Assembly (NCBI GenBank): GCA_044240195.1
Contig: JBIHZX010000002.1
Coordinates: 3,079-67,078, forward strand
Reading direction: 5' to 3'
Source of the DNA: Candidatus Nanopelagicales bacterium
GTDB taxonomy: Bacteria > Actinomycetota > Actinomycetes > S36-B12
DNA: 64,000 nt
The notes below the pieces were generated by a model, which saw only the letters and a list, made by a program, of their open reading frames with translations, ran no database searches and was not told the origin of the DNA. The translations under genes and the position numbers were made by a program. Shown here piece by piece: positions 9,738 through 19,691 of the stretch. Position 1 is the stretch's first letter. The number at the start of each line of letters is the position of its first letter.

Positions 9738-12059
9738 CTACTGAGCGACCGTGATCTCCTGTGAATCGCCGACCGCAATCGGGCGACGCTTGGAGATGAT
9801 GACAGCGATCACGATCACGATCACGGCGAAAGCTGACACCGCATACCGAATTGCGTCGCTGGCATCGGCGCCAACACTGAGACCGACAATCGCTGGAGCG
9901 ATCAACAGCGCAACCAGGTTCATCACCTTGATCAGCGGGTTGATTGCTGGGCCAGCGGTGTCTTTGAATGGGTCACCAACAGTGTCACCGATAACGGTAG
10001 CTTCGTGAGCAGCGGATCCCTTGCCACCGTAGTTGCCGTCTTCAACGAACTTCTTGGCGTTATCCCATGCGCCACCACTGTTGGACAGGAACACTGCCAT
10101 GAGAACACCCGATGCAATTGTTCCGGCGAGATAGGCACCGAGGGCACCCACACCCAAACCGAAACCAACCGCGATCGGGGTGAACACGGCAATGACTCCT
10201 GGAGTTACCAGTTCACGTAGTGAGTCGCGGGTAACGATGTCAACAACCTTGCCGTATTCGGGCTTCTCGGTTCCCTCCATGATCCCTGGGTGATCGCGGA
10301 ATTGACGTCGCACTTCGTAGATCACAGCGCCAGCAGCACGCGATACCGCGTCAATTAGCAGACCTGAGAACATGAAGACAACGGCTGCGCCGATGATCAA
10401 ACCAACGAGGTTGGCTGGGGATGCAACGTCGAGGATTCCGCTGTACTGAAGGGCGTCGGCTGGGCTCAAGTCCGCAACCGCGTCCTTGGCCGTCAGGGTC
10501 GCGCCAATGATTGCGTCGCGGAAAGCTCCGAAGAGTGCTGTTGCAGCGAGCACCGCGGTTGCAATTGCAATTCCCTTGGTGATTGCCTTGGTGGAGTTAC
10601 CAACAGCGTCAAGGCGGGTCAGAATTGCGGCACCGTCACCGTGGACGTCACCGGACATTTCGGCAATACCTTGGGCATTGTCAGAAACAGGTCCGAATGT
10701 GTCCATGGAAACAATCACGCCGACCGTGGTCAAAAGACCGGTACCGGCGAGTGCGATCGCAAACAGTGACAACAGAACCGAACCGCCACCGATGAGGAAT
10801 GCGCCGTAGACGGCAGCAGCAATGAGCAGCGCCGAGTAAACAGCCGACTCAAGTCCCAGGGAAACACCGGAAAGAATGACGGTTGCTGGACCGGTAAGTG
10901 AGGTCTTTGCAACGTCGTCAACTGGCCGACGATTCGTTTCGGTGAAGTAGGCGGTCAGTTGCTGGATGAGCGCTGCGAGGACAATTCCCGTGAATACCGC
11001 TCCAATGACATACCAGCGTGGGCTGATTGTGTCGGCGGCTTCAATTGCGACGATCCCACCAATACTTTCGATATCACTCCACGATTCCGGAACCCACGTA
11101 AAGACTGCGAGGATTACCAGCACCGCCGAGATGATCGCCGAGATAAAGAACCCACGGTTGATCGAGGACATACCTGAACGATCAGACTCACGCGGTGAGA
11201 CCGCGAAGATTCCAACAACAGCGGTGAGAACACCGATAGCAGGGATCACCAGCGGAAGTACGAGACCAAGTTCGCCGAATGCTGTTTTACCAAGGATGAG
11301 TGCTGCGACCAATGTCACCGCATAAGACTCGAACAGGTCTGCTGCCATACCGGCGCAGTCACCCACGTTGTCACCCACGTTGTCAGCAATTGTTGCCGCG
11401 TTACGGGGGTCATCTTCTGGGATACCTTGTTCAACCTTGCCGACGAGGTCAGCGCCGACGTCAGCGGCCTTAGTGAAGATTCCGCCACCAACGCGCATAA
11501 ACATGGCGAGGAGTGCTGCTCCAAAGCCGAAGCCTTCCAAAACCTTGGGGGCATCACCTTTGTAGACGAGAACAACAAGGGCGGCGCCGAAGAGACCGAG
11601 GCCAACCGTAAACATGCCAGCGACGCCACCTGTGCGGAATGCAATTTTCATTGCTTTCTGCTCGGTACCGTCTTTGGCTGCAGCGGCAACGCGAACGTTT
11701 CCGCGGACCGCGAGCCACATACCCATGTAGCCGGTCACACCTGAGAACACTGCGCCCACGAGGAAGAAGATGCTTCGACCAATTCGCTCACTCGTTGTAT
11801 CAGCGGGCAGGATGAACAGGACAAAGAAAACAACGACGGCGAAAATTGCCAGCGTCTTGAATTGACGGCTCAGGAACGCAGATGCACCCTCCTGAATTGC
11901 CCCGGCGATTTCCTGCATGCGCTCGGTTCCTTGGTCGGCGCTGAGTACTTGGCGCACGAGAACAGCTGCAACAAACAGTGCTGCGATGGCGATGACAGCA
12001 ACACCAATGACGATACTTTGGTTGCTCCCCTCCAACGTGACATCTGCGAACTTGATCAT
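9738..12059 (-). CDS. hppA: membrane H+-translocating pyrophosphatase, K+-independent type
   Basis: GDNVGDCAG and AWDNAKKFVE motifs with about 16 TM segments. The GNSTKA motif has Lys at the A/K switch position, indicating the K+-independent class. ATG at 12059 is preceded by GAGGAG. Confidence 0.93.
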   Translation of the reverse strand: MIKFADVTLEGSNQSIVIGVAVIAIAALFVAAVLVRQVLSADQGTERMQEIAGAIQEGASAFLSRQFKTLAIFAVVVFFVLFILPADTTSERIGRSIFFLVGAVFSGVTGYMGMWLAVRGNVRVAAAAKDGTEQKAMKIAFRTGGVAGMFTVGLGLFGAALVVLVYKGDAPKVLEGFGFGAALLAMFMRVGGGIFTKAADVGADLVGKVEQGIPEDDPRNAATIADNVGDNVGDCAGMAADLFESYAVTLVAALILGKTAFGELGLVLPLVIPAIGVLTAVVGIFAVSPRESDRSGMSSINRGFFISAIISAVLVILAVFTWVPESWSDIESIGGIVAIEAADTISPRWYVIGAVFTGIVLAALIQQLTAYFTETNRRPVDDVAKTSLTGPATVILSGVSLGLESAVYSALLIAAAVYGAFLIGGGSVLLSLFAIALAGTGLLTTVGVIVSMDTFGPVSDNAQGIAEMSGDVHGDGAAILTRLDAVGNSTKAITKGIAIATAVLAATALFGAFRDAIIGATLTAKDAVADLSPADALQYSGILDVASPANLVGLIIGAAVVFMFSGLLIDAVSRAAGAVIYEVRRQFRDHPGIMEGTEKPEYGKVVDIVTRDSLRELVTPGVIAVFTPIAVGFGLGVGALGAYLAGTIASGVLMAVFLSNSGGAWDNAKKFVEDGNYGGKGSAAHEATVIGDTVGDPFKDTAGPAINPLIKVMNLVALLIAPAIVGLSVGADASDAIRYAVSAFAVIVIVIAVIISKRRPIAVGDSQEITVAQ

Positions 12060-12215
12060 TGGTCTCCTCATTGATTAGCGCGGTTTCATTACCGTCGCAT
12101 TTCCCACTTATGTAGAGGTTTAACAGCTCGTGCAGGCACGACCTATTCCGCTCAACATCCGGTGAGAGCCTACCGATTGGTGCGTGGAAATACCGCAAAG
12201 GCAGACAAAATGTGA

Positions 12216-12572
12216 CTAATTCGACTCTAAGGCCAATTGTTGCGATTCATAGGTGGGGAAAAGGATGTCGACTCCCGTGAGGGCGAGCAATTGCACAACC
12301 CGTTCAGTGCGTTCCGTGTTGACCACTAATTCCAGTTCAATTTCGGCTTGGCGGGCACGTTTTAAGGCGGTAATCAGGCCGCCCAGCCCGGTTGAGTCCA
12401 TAAAACCGACCCCACTGAGGTCGATTATCAGTGTTGGTGCACCCACAACGAGCAGTGGGAGAACTCGGTGCTTGAACTCGTCGACCGTTTCCAGGTCCAA
12501 GTTTCCCGAGCAGCTAACCAGGTTGACGCCGATCCCCGATTCGCCAACCCCAGCACCCATGACGAATTCCAT
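12216..12572 (-). CDS. STAS-domain anti-sigma-factor antagonist
   Basis: 118 aa with the characteristic FMDSTGLG phosphorylation-loop motif. Confidence 0.8.
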   Translation of the reverse strand: MEFVMGAGVGESGIGVNLVSCSGNLDLETVDEFKHRVLPLLVVGAPTLIIDLSGVGFMDSTGLGGLITALKRARQAEIELELVVNTERTERVVQLLALTGVDILFPTYESQQLALESN

Positions 12573-12626
12573 TCCCCCACCTTGGCAGAAGAAGACGGTG
12601 TCGTCTGCTCAAGGCAAGATGTTCCC

Positions 12627-14888
12627 ATGCTGCTGGATCCCCGCTCCCTCATGGACACGGGTGAAGAGATCGTGCACCTGCGGGTGATCCCTGAAAACCC
12701 CGGCATAACTGCTCCTTGGCCCGAGTGGATCTCCCCCGATGTACGTGAATCGCTAGAGCGGGAGGGTATTTATTCGCTGTGGAAGCACCAGGTTGATTTT
12801 GCGCAGAGCGCCCACGAAGGAACTGATTCAATTCTTGCAACGGGGACGGCGACCGGAAAAACGATCGCCTTTAATGCCCCCGCACTCACCTCAGCCCTTG
12901 CTGGTGGGACCGTGCTTTACCTTTCACCAACCAAGGCCCTTGCCGCCGATCAGCTTGAAACCTTGAATTCGTGGGCATTGCCGGGTCTTCGGGCGGGGGT
13001 ATACGACGGTGACACCTCCCATGAGGATCGGCAGTGGTTGCGCAAACACGCAAACTACTTACTCACCAACCCCGACATGCTTCACTTTTCTATTTTGCCC
13101 GGACACAAATATTGGACACATTTTTTCCGACACCTACAGTTCGTGATTATTGATGAAGCACACACATATAAAGGTGTCTTCGGTGCACATGTCTCGATGA
13201 TCATTCGACGACTCCTGCGTATCGCACATAAATACGGTGCCACGCCCACTGTTCTGGCGGCTTCGGCAACTTCAGGGAACCCCACTCTTGCTTTGGAAAT
13301 GCTCACCGGCAGGGCCGCAACTTCATTTCGGGAAAACACCGCTGCTGTCCCGCAACGCACTTTTGTTTTTTGGCAGCCACCCACAATCCTTAATACTGAA
13401 ACCCGGCGAGGGGTACTCGACGAAAGTGCGCGACTGCTCGCCCGAATCGTCCCCAGCGGTGATCAAGCTGTTGTTTTCGCTCGATCGCGGCGAGGGGTCG
13501 AATACGTATCAGCGCAAACAAAGGAACTACTGAGTCAAGACTTTGACTCGGACGAGATCGAACACATGGTTCGCGCTTACCGTGGCGGGTATCTCGCGCA
13601 TGAGCGCCGGGAACTTGAGCGAGATCTTCGCTCGGGGGAAATTCGTGCGATGGCAGCAACCAATGCGCTGGAGCTCGGGATTGACATCACCGGTCTTGAC
13701 ATTGTGATCACAGCGGGCTGGCCCGGCACAAAAGCATCTTTATGGCAGCAGGTTGGTCGAGCCGGTCGCAGTGGCAAAGAGGCGCTCGCTATTTTTGTTG
13801 CGCGCGAAGACCCACTTGATACCTATGTACTCCACCACCCGGAAACTTTTTTCGACTCTGATGTTGAGGTAGCAATTTCACATCCGTCGAATGAGTACGT
13901 CATGGCGCCCCACCTGTGTGCTGCAGCGCAAGAGATTCCTTTAACAACCGAGGACCTCGAAAAATTCTTCCCAGCGAATGCTCCTGGTGTTGTGGAGACA
14001 CTCGTTGATCAGGGGCTTCTCAGAAAGCGACCAGCCGGGTGGTTCTGGACGCAAACACAGGCTGCGAGTGCACTCGCTGACCTGCGAGGCACCGGCGGCG
14101 AAACTATCCGGGTAGTTGAGATCGGGACGGGAAGACTCTGCGGTTACGTAGACCACGCAGCATCACACCAGAGTGTTCATGAGGGCGCCGTCTACACCCA
14201 TCAAGGTGAAACATTTGTTGTCCACGAACTTGATCTTGATGCCGCGGTTGCCTTGGTTGAAGCGACTCCCGTGGACTACACAACCTTTGCACGGGACATC
14301 AGCAATATTCATATAGTTGGTGAGGAACGAACCGAGGAGATCACACCCAGTCTTCGTATTCATTTCGGTGACGTTGAAGTTACTTCGCAAACTGTTTCAT
14401 TTGCTCGAAGGCACTTCACCGGTGAGAATCTGGGAACGGTCCCACTTGACCTACCCGTTCGATCCCTAAAGACCAAGGCCGTGTGGTGGACCTTTCCGTT
14501 GATCGACACTAATGTCGAAGACGCCACAATTGCCGGTGCGATTCACGGAGCCGAGCACGCCAGCATTGGCATGCTTCCGCTGTTTGCCAGTTGTGACCGT
14601 TGGGATATCGGTGGTGTGTCAACACCCATGCACCCGGATACAGGTGAGATCACAATATTTATCTATGACGGTTTACCCGGTGGAGCGGGCATCGCTGAAT
14701 TCGGTTTTGATAATGCTCTTTCGTGGATGAAGGCGACCTGTGAAGCTGTGAGCGCCTGCCCGTGTGATTTCGGTTGCCCGAGCTGTATTCAGTCACCCAA
14801 ATGTGGAAATGGAAATGAGCCCCTGAGTAAATCGGGGGCAATCAAAATTCTCACACTCCTGAGTAGCCAGCTCGAGCCGAAACAATAA
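12627..14888 (+). CDS. DEAD/DEAH-box helicase with C-terminal DUF1998 zinc module (MrfA/SftH-like, Rv3649-like)
   Basis: Walker A TGTATGKT, DEAH box IIDEAH, and a C-terminal CPCDFGCPSCIQSPKCGN module. ATG at 12627 removes the overlap with the STAS gene. Confidence 0.88.
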   Translation: MLLDPRSLMDTGEEIVHLRVIPENPGITAPWPEWISPDVRESLEREGIYSLWKHQVDFAQSAHEGTDSILATGTATGKTIAFNAPALTSALAGGTVLYLSPTKALAADQLETLNSWALPGLRAGVYDGDTSHEDRQWLRKHANYLLTNPDMLHFSILPGHKYWTHFFRHLQFVIIDEAHTYKGVFGAHVSMIIRRLLRIAHKYGATPTVLAASATSGNPTLALEMLTGRAATSFRENTAAVPQRTFVFWQPPTILNTETRRGVLDESARLLARIVPSGDQAVVFARSRRGVEYVSAQTKELLSQDFDSDEIEHMVRAYRGGYLAHERRELERDLRSGEIRAMAATNALELGIDITGLDIVITAGWPGTKASLWQQVGRAGRSGKEALAIFVAREDPLDTYVLHHPETFFDSDVEVAISHPSNEYVMAPHLCAAAQEIPLTTEDLEKFFPANAPGVVETLVDQGLLRKRPAGWFWTQTQAASALADLRGTGGETIRVVEIGTGRLCGYVDHAASHQSVHEGAVYTHQGETFVVHELDLDAAVALVEATPVDYTTFARDISNIHIVGEERTEEITPSLRIHFGDVEVTSQTVSFARRHFTGENLGTVPLDLPVRSLKTKAVWWTFPLIDTNVEDATIAGAIHGAEHASIGMLPLFASCDRWDIGGVSTPMHPDTGEITIFIYDGLPGGAGIAEFGFDNALSWMKATCEAVSACPCDFGCPSCIQSPKCGNGNEPLSKSGAIKILTLLSSQLEPKQ

Positions 14889-15195
14889 GGAATTCAATAC
14901 TGGAAAAACGAGCGAGCAAGTTTGGCGCCGGCATCCGAACTTCCACAATTGATTGACCACCATTTACTTCGCACGCGTGCAGTTCAACGCCATTGCGAGC
15001 ACTCACCAAGGCCGCAGCCGCACACGGGTCTCCGCTGGTTTGCGCCGCTGCAATTGCCGCGAGATCCGCATAGCTCCCCAAAGTTGCGCGCGCCAGGGTC
15101 AATTGGACAAAGAGCATGGCTAACACTCCCGCGCAGCAGATCACGAATCCCAGCGCCAGAGTGAAAACACTCGCACTCCCTTCGTCATTGCGCAT
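14851..15195 (-). CDS. TadE-like pilus assembly protein (Rv3654c family)
   Basis: Short protein with one N-terminal hydrophobic segment (SASVFTLALGFVICCAGVLAML). It is the last gene of the Tad locus. The start is uncertain (15195 or 15237). Confidence 0.65.
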   Translation of the reverse strand: MRNDEGSASVFTLALGFVICCAGVLAMLFVQLTLARATLGSYADLAAIAAAQTSGDPCAAAALVSARNGVELHACEVNGGQSIVEVRMPAPNLLARFSSIEFLIVSARAGYSGV

Positions 15196-15598
15196 TAATC
15201 CACTCCCGCGGCGCAATGTGTTTTTGGGAAATTTCAATCGGTGTGAGGCCCAAAAAGCTCACTCCGAATTCACCGGGCTTCCGTGTCAATATGGAGACGG
15301 TGTCGGTGTCCCAGATGATCTGCAATTGGGCGGTTGGCTCACTGCGATAAAAACCTTCGCGCACCAATTCCTCACTGGTGCCGCGAGCTAGTTCACGTGC
15401 CGCGGTTCGTGTTGCATCACTGAGGGAAAGGGTTTGCACACCCAGCGCGATCCCTGAAATAAAAAGAAAAGTTATCAGGAATAAAACAGGGATCATGAGC
15501 GCTGTTTCAAGTGTTGCCATTCCTGACTCACTGCGCAGTCGGGGATACTTCCTTGGACTGGTGAACAAGTCCAAGGAAGCTTCAATCCGAGTTTTCAC
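15185..15598 (-). CDS. TadE-like protein
   Basis: GMATLETALMIPVLFLITFLF N-terminal motif typical of the TadE/pseudopilin family. Confidence 0.65.
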   Translation of the reverse strand: MKTRIEASLDLFTSPRKYPRLRSESGMATLETALMIPVLFLITFLFISGIALGVQTLSLSDATRTAARELARGTSEELVREGFYRSEPTAQLQIIWDTDTVSILTRKPGEFGVSFLGLTPIEISQKHIAPREWINAQ

Positions 15599-15600
15599 TG

Positions 15601-15792
15601 TTAACCAAAGAACCGTGAGAATGCGCTGCTAATTATTGACCACAACAGGTCTCGCACACTGTCGCTCATCAATAACTTGATGAGTACTCCGCTCAATCCG
15701 GCGACCGCAACCGTTCCCACCGCGTATTCAGTGGTGGTTAGCCCGGTGTCGTCCTTCAGTGCTGACATAATTTTCGCGGATTTTGTTTTCAT
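15601..15792 (-). CDS. Flp-type pilin-like protein (DUF4244-like)
   Basis: 63 aa with the G/LTTTEYAVGTVAVAGL processing-site-like motif followed by a hydrophobic helix. Confidence 0.65.
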   Translation of the reverse strand: MKTKSAKIMSALKDDTGLTTTEYAVGTVAVAGLSGVLIKLLMSDSVRDLLWSIISSAFSRFFG

Positions 15793-15888
15793 TAGTACCT
15801 CTCTGTATCCCGAGTTTCGGTTACACAGTGAGTCTCAAACATGTAAACGCAAGCAAACAGGTGCAAACTGCTTTCTGTGGATTGGTGG

Positions 15889-16641
15889 TCACCCAGGGAG
15901 AAAGCCTGTGGAAGCAGCGAGTGAAGCAACAATTGGGACAACACCTAAAACAAAAAAAGCGGGAAGAAAACACACTGCAAGTGGAATAACTGCTTTCACA
16001 CCAGCAGTCCGTGCAGCAACCTCAACTCGAGAACGGTGCTCACGTCGCATGTCACTTGCGATTCCTACAAGGACCGATTCAAGTCCTGCACCGGTGTCAT
16101 AGGAGCGCATAACGCTGGTCGCCAATTGGCCCAAAACAGGTTCATGTATCAACGTGCTCCATGCATCGCGTGGATCGGCCCCCAGTTCAATAGCTGCCAA
16201 CACGGGTGCGAGCCGAATCTGAATCGGGCTGTTGTGCATCGCGTGCGCCGCCGCGGCCAATGAACTTCGCATGGTCGCTCCCGAGGCTAACGTTGCCGCC
16301 AGAAGATCTATGAAGACCGGGGTGTCTCGGGAAATCGCGGCTGCCTCAGTGTGTGAGGGTGCATTCTCGCGTTTACGCAGCATTCGCATGACATAAAAAC
16401 CTGCACCCGCACCAACTATGAGACCGAATAGTTCACCAAAGGTCCAGCCGAGTAATGCGCCCGCACCTATTCCAACCACGAGCAAAAACGCTGGTGTAGT
16501 TGCACTTATCGGTGTTACTACATTGGGTATCTCACTGCTCACCACCCGTGACAATCGGTTCCGCGGCCTGCGCCTTGCCGGTAATGGCTTCATAAAAAAA
16601 TAGGCACTGACTGCGGCCAAGGCCGCAGCGATGCCAATCAC
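15889..16641 (-). CDS. type II secretion system F family membrane protein (TadC-like)
   Basis: Polytopic membrane protein positioned after the tadB-like gene, with a 4-nt overlap. Confidence 0.75.
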   Translation of the reverse strand: MIGIAAALAAVSAYFFMKPLPARRRPRNRLSRVVSSEIPNVVTPISATTPAFLLVVGIGAGALLGWTFGELFGLIVGAGAGFYVMRMLRKRENAPSHTEAAAISRDTPVFIDLLAATLASGATMRSSLAAAAHAMHNSPIQIRLAPVLAAIELGADPRDAWSTLIHEPVLGQLATSVMRSYDTGAGLESVLVGIASDMRREHRSRVEVAARTAGVKAVIPLAVCFLPAFFVLGVVPIVASLAASTGFLPG

Positions 16642-17348
16642 AGCATCGCCTCAACACTGCCAGCAATGCGAGACGTCCACCACAGACCCAAAAAAGTTAA
16701 CGCAACACCAGTGAGAAGTGTTCCTAACCCGAATACACCTGAAATAAACCACGTTAAAGGTTCAGCGCCCAATAGATACCCGAGACCAATGCCGATAACG
16801 GGTAAAAATCCAAGTGTCACCGCAGTAGCGCGCGGCCCGGCTAATTCCGCTTCAAGGTGCGCTCGTACTTCCTGTTGCGCACGTAATGCCACGGACAGCT
16901 GGGCAATACTTGCTCCAAGCCCAGCACCGCTGTTGAGCCCGACCTGCCAACATGCGGCCAATGAATGAAGTTCAGGACGACAGCGGGCATCCAGTTCCAA
17001 TGCCACAGTTGTGTCGCTACCGCCAACCGCGGCGGTATACGCGAGTGGCCAGACGTGTGATCCGACGTTGATCAATGAGGTTTCCGGTGAATGACCCGCA
17101 GTGAGCTCTGACACGAGTACAGAGATTGCACCCAGTGTTTCATCACGCTGCTTGCTAACGGCCTTGCGTTTTCGACTTCCGAAGGTGTCAGCAATTGTAG
17201 AAATTGAAAATACTCGGCTAGCACTATTTATTGGATTGGTTTCGTCTGAATTGATAAATCCCAGACGAGCCCTTGCCCGAATAGGTATAAGCAGCCAAGC
17301 ACTCAATGCTGCAGACATTGCCGCAGCTAATTCAGTAGAGAGAATCAT
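16638..17348 (-). CDS. type II secretion system F family membrane protein (TadB-like)
   Basis: Polytopic membrane protein overlapping the tadA stop by 4 nt. Confidence 0.75.
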   Translation of the reverse strand: MILSTELAAAMSAALSAWLLIPIRARARLGFINSDETNPINSASRVFSISTIADTFGSRKRKAVSKQRDETLGAISVLVSELTAGHSPETSLINVGSHVWPLAYTAAVGGSDTTVALELDARCRPELHSLAACWQVGLNSGAGLGASIAQLSVALRAQQEVRAHLEAELAGPRATAVTLGFLPVIGIGLGYLLGAEPLTWFISGVFGLGTLLTGVALTFLGLWWTSRIAGSVEAML

Positions 17349-18493
17349 GCTCGTCTACTTTCACAGCGGCTAACAAGTTCAGAGAATCCCGATTCCTTAA
17401 TCCATGAATCCCCACACCTAGTCAGCGCGGAACGAGTGGTGGCAAAGCCCTTTTCATCGACATCAAAAATGTGAATGCTGTCGAGGAACCTGCGTCCATT
17501 AACTCTGGCTAGGTGAATAACCGCGTCAAGTCCACTACCGATCAGCGCATGCAGGGCTTCGCGCTGAATGCCGGCCGTTAACCCCAGTGCCGCCAGTCGA
17601 GCTGGTACTGCCTGAGGGCTATTCGCGTGAACAGTCCCGCAGCCACCCTCATGTCCAGTGTTGAGAGCCGTGAGTAGCTCGACAACTTCTGGACCGCGAA
17701 CCTCGCCGACCACTATGCGGTCAGGACGCATTCGAAGTGACGTGCGCACAAGGTCGCGCAAAGTAATTGAACCCTGCCCTTCAACATTTACAAGTCGAGC
17801 TTGCATTCGGACAACATGTGGATGGGTGGGGTTGAGCTCGGAGGAGTCTTCCACGATCACAATTCGGTGCGCTGGATTGACTAGGGCAAGTAATGCCGAC
17901 AACACTGTAGTTTTACCGGTCCCCGTTCCCCCACTAATGAGGAATGCGAGACGACCACCGATCATTGAGGTGAGCAGGTCGGCAATCTCCTCATTGATTG
18001 ATCCTGCGGCAATGAGTGATTCAATGGTAAAAGTTTTTGCACTGGGAATTCGCAGTGAAATAGTTGTTCCACCCGTTGAAATCGGTGAGAGTACACAGTG
18101 AAGTCGAGTTCCATCACGTAATTGCGCGTCAACCATGGGTGCCGCGTCATCAAGTCTTCTACCTGCTGTTGAAGCGAGCCGTTGTGCTAGACGCCTGACT
18201 TCGTTGTCCGAACTGAATGCAATTCCCGTTAGCTCAAGGCCCAGGCCCCGATCACACCAAACTGAATTGGGCCCATTCACCAAGACATCGGTGACACCAC
18301 GTTCTTCTAGCAATGGTTGCAGTACTCCAGCGCCGTTAAACTCACGCTCGAGGACCAGTGCAAGTGCCTCCGCCGATTCTTCGCTGAGAACAACCCCTTC
18401 CTCGCGTAAAGCCTGCAGGACGTGGGCGCGCGAGGCCATCACATTTGATGCGATAAGGCGATTGCGAACCCGGCTGGCAAGGGCTTGGTTCAT
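17345..18493 (-). CDS. tadA: Tad pilus secretion ATPase (CpaF/TadA family)
   Basis: Walker A SGGTGTGKTT, Walker B IVIVEDSSE, and His box GHEGGCGTVHA. Confidence 0.9.
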   Translation of the reverse strand: MNQALASRVRNRLIASNVMASRAHVLQALREEGVVLSEESAEALALVLEREFNGAGVLQPLLEERGVTDVLVNGPNSVWCDRGLGLELTGIAFSSDNEVRRLAQRLASTAGRRLDDAAPMVDAQLRDGTRLHCVLSPISTGGTTISLRIPSAKTFTIESLIAAGSINEEIADLLTSMIGGRLAFLISGGTGTGKTTVLSALLALVNPAHRIVIVEDSSELNPTHPHVVRMQARLVNVEGQGSITLRDLVRTSLRMRPDRIVVGEVRGPEVVELLTALNTGHEGGCGTVHANSPQAVPARLAALGLTAGIQREALHALIGSGLDAVIHLARVNGRRFLDSIHIFDVDEKGFATTRSALTRCGDSWIKESGFSELVSRCESRRA

Positions 18494-19605
18494 GCGGCAC
18501 TTTTCGAATGTTGGCTGCGCACCTCACCCAGCAATACCTGGCAAACATCGCGGTAACCAGAATTGATTCCCGGCGGATCCCCTTCATCCGCTCGAGTTGT
18601 CATGGCCGGCATGAATGGGATTTCAGTGAGCCCCTGATCTCCTAGGGCCCCGCATACATCGGGGAGTCCCAGGCCTTTTGAATCACTGATAACAACGAAG
18701 CGGGATTGGACTCCCAATTTTCTGACCCACTGAGATATCGCGATACTCGCTGCTATCGAGCGAACATGGTTACGCGTAATGACACATGTCACGAAACTTT
18801 GGCCAATCAGAAAAGCATTGCACTCACTGTGTTCGCGGGGAAGGTCTAGTACAACAAGGTCAAATGCCCTACGTGCTGCGTCAACAACGGCTGCGATTAC
18901 TTCAATTGTTACTTCACCCGATGCAGTACGACTCTGGGAAAGAAACGAGACGCCATTTACTTTAGGTAGCGCTGCTCTCAAGGTGTCTTCGGCGATCCGG
19001 CCAGCACCAGGATCTATGTCGGGCCAGCGCGTACCCGAGATTTCTTCAGCGCCAAGAATGAGGTCGATTCCGCCGCCGAACCGATCAAGATCAATCACGA
19101 CTGAAGTCATGCCTTGCCCAAGAGCAATCGCGGCAAGATTTACGGCAAAAGTTGAGGCGCCGGCACCACCGCTCCCCCCAATCACTGAGACTACGTTGCT
19201 CCCCGAGATTCCTTTAATCGGTTCAGGACTCACGAACGGTGATAACGCATCAACTAACCAAAAATTGGCAGCAGGTAATTCGAGGACATTTTCAGCGCCT
19301 AGTGCAACCGCATGTCGCCAAATGTCACGTTCAAAGTTGGGTTGCGTTAGCCCTTCGCCCTCCGATTGTTCTTTAATGTGGACCACGATCAAGTGGGATC
19401 GTCGCGGGGCCAAATTCTCAACGCATTCACCTGCTAGGTCAGACCCAATCAGGACAAATGCGGAACTCTCCCAAATATCTCGGGTAATAAGCGGGGATCC
19501 AACCACCTGGACATCAATTCCCAGGGGTTCAACAATTCCTCTAACACTATTAATAATGAGTGAATCTGCGGTAACAAGGAGCAAGATGTGAGTTGAATCA
19601 GACAT
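18490..19605 (-). CDS. ssd: septum-site-determining protein Ssd / CpaE-like ParA-MinD family protein
   Basis: Deviant P-loop VIGGSGGAGASTF. It is the first gene of the Tad locus, as for Rv3660c. ATG at 19605 is preceded by GGTGGAG. The track start at 19749 would overlap the divergent HAD gene. Confidence 0.75.
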   Translation of the reverse strand: MSDSTHILLLVTADSLIINSVRGIVEPLGIDVQVVGSPLITRDIWESSAFVLIGSDLAGECVENLAPRRSHLIVVHIKEQSEGEGLTQPNFERDIWRHAVALGAENVLELPAANFWLVDALSPFVSPEPIKGISGSNVVSVIGGSGGAGASTFAVNLAAIALGQGMTSVVIDLDRFGGGIDLILGAEEISGTRWPDIDPGAGRIAEDTLRAALPKVNGVSFLSQSRTASGEVTIEVIAAVVDAARRAFDLVVLDLPREHSECNAFLIGQSFVTCVITRNHVRSIAASIAISQWVRKLGVQSRFVVISDSKGLGLPDVCGALGDQGLTEIPFMPAMTTRADEGDPPGINSGYRDVCQVLLGEVRSQHSKSAA

Positions 19606-19691
19606 GGCTCCACCCAACGCCAGATAAACGTATTTGTTAATAGTGAATTTCACAACTGTGGACAACTCACCAGATGCGTTACCGTTAGGGC

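Noticed and set aside
12253-12687. 144-aa plus-strand ORF
   Set aside because: It is antisense to the STAS gene, which has clear family motifs, and its composition is low-complexity Ser/Arg/Thr.
18779-19591. 270-aa plus-strand ORF
   Set aside because: It is entirely antisense to the ssd/CpaE-like gene and is Ser/Arg/Pro/Thr-rich with no recognisable motif. This is a typical shadow ORF of a GC-biased coding region.
19643-19653. CRP-like site gtgaatttcac in the ssd/HAD divergent promoter region
   Set aside because: The half-sites are separated by 3 nt rather than the 6 nt of the TGTGA-N6-TCACA consensus.
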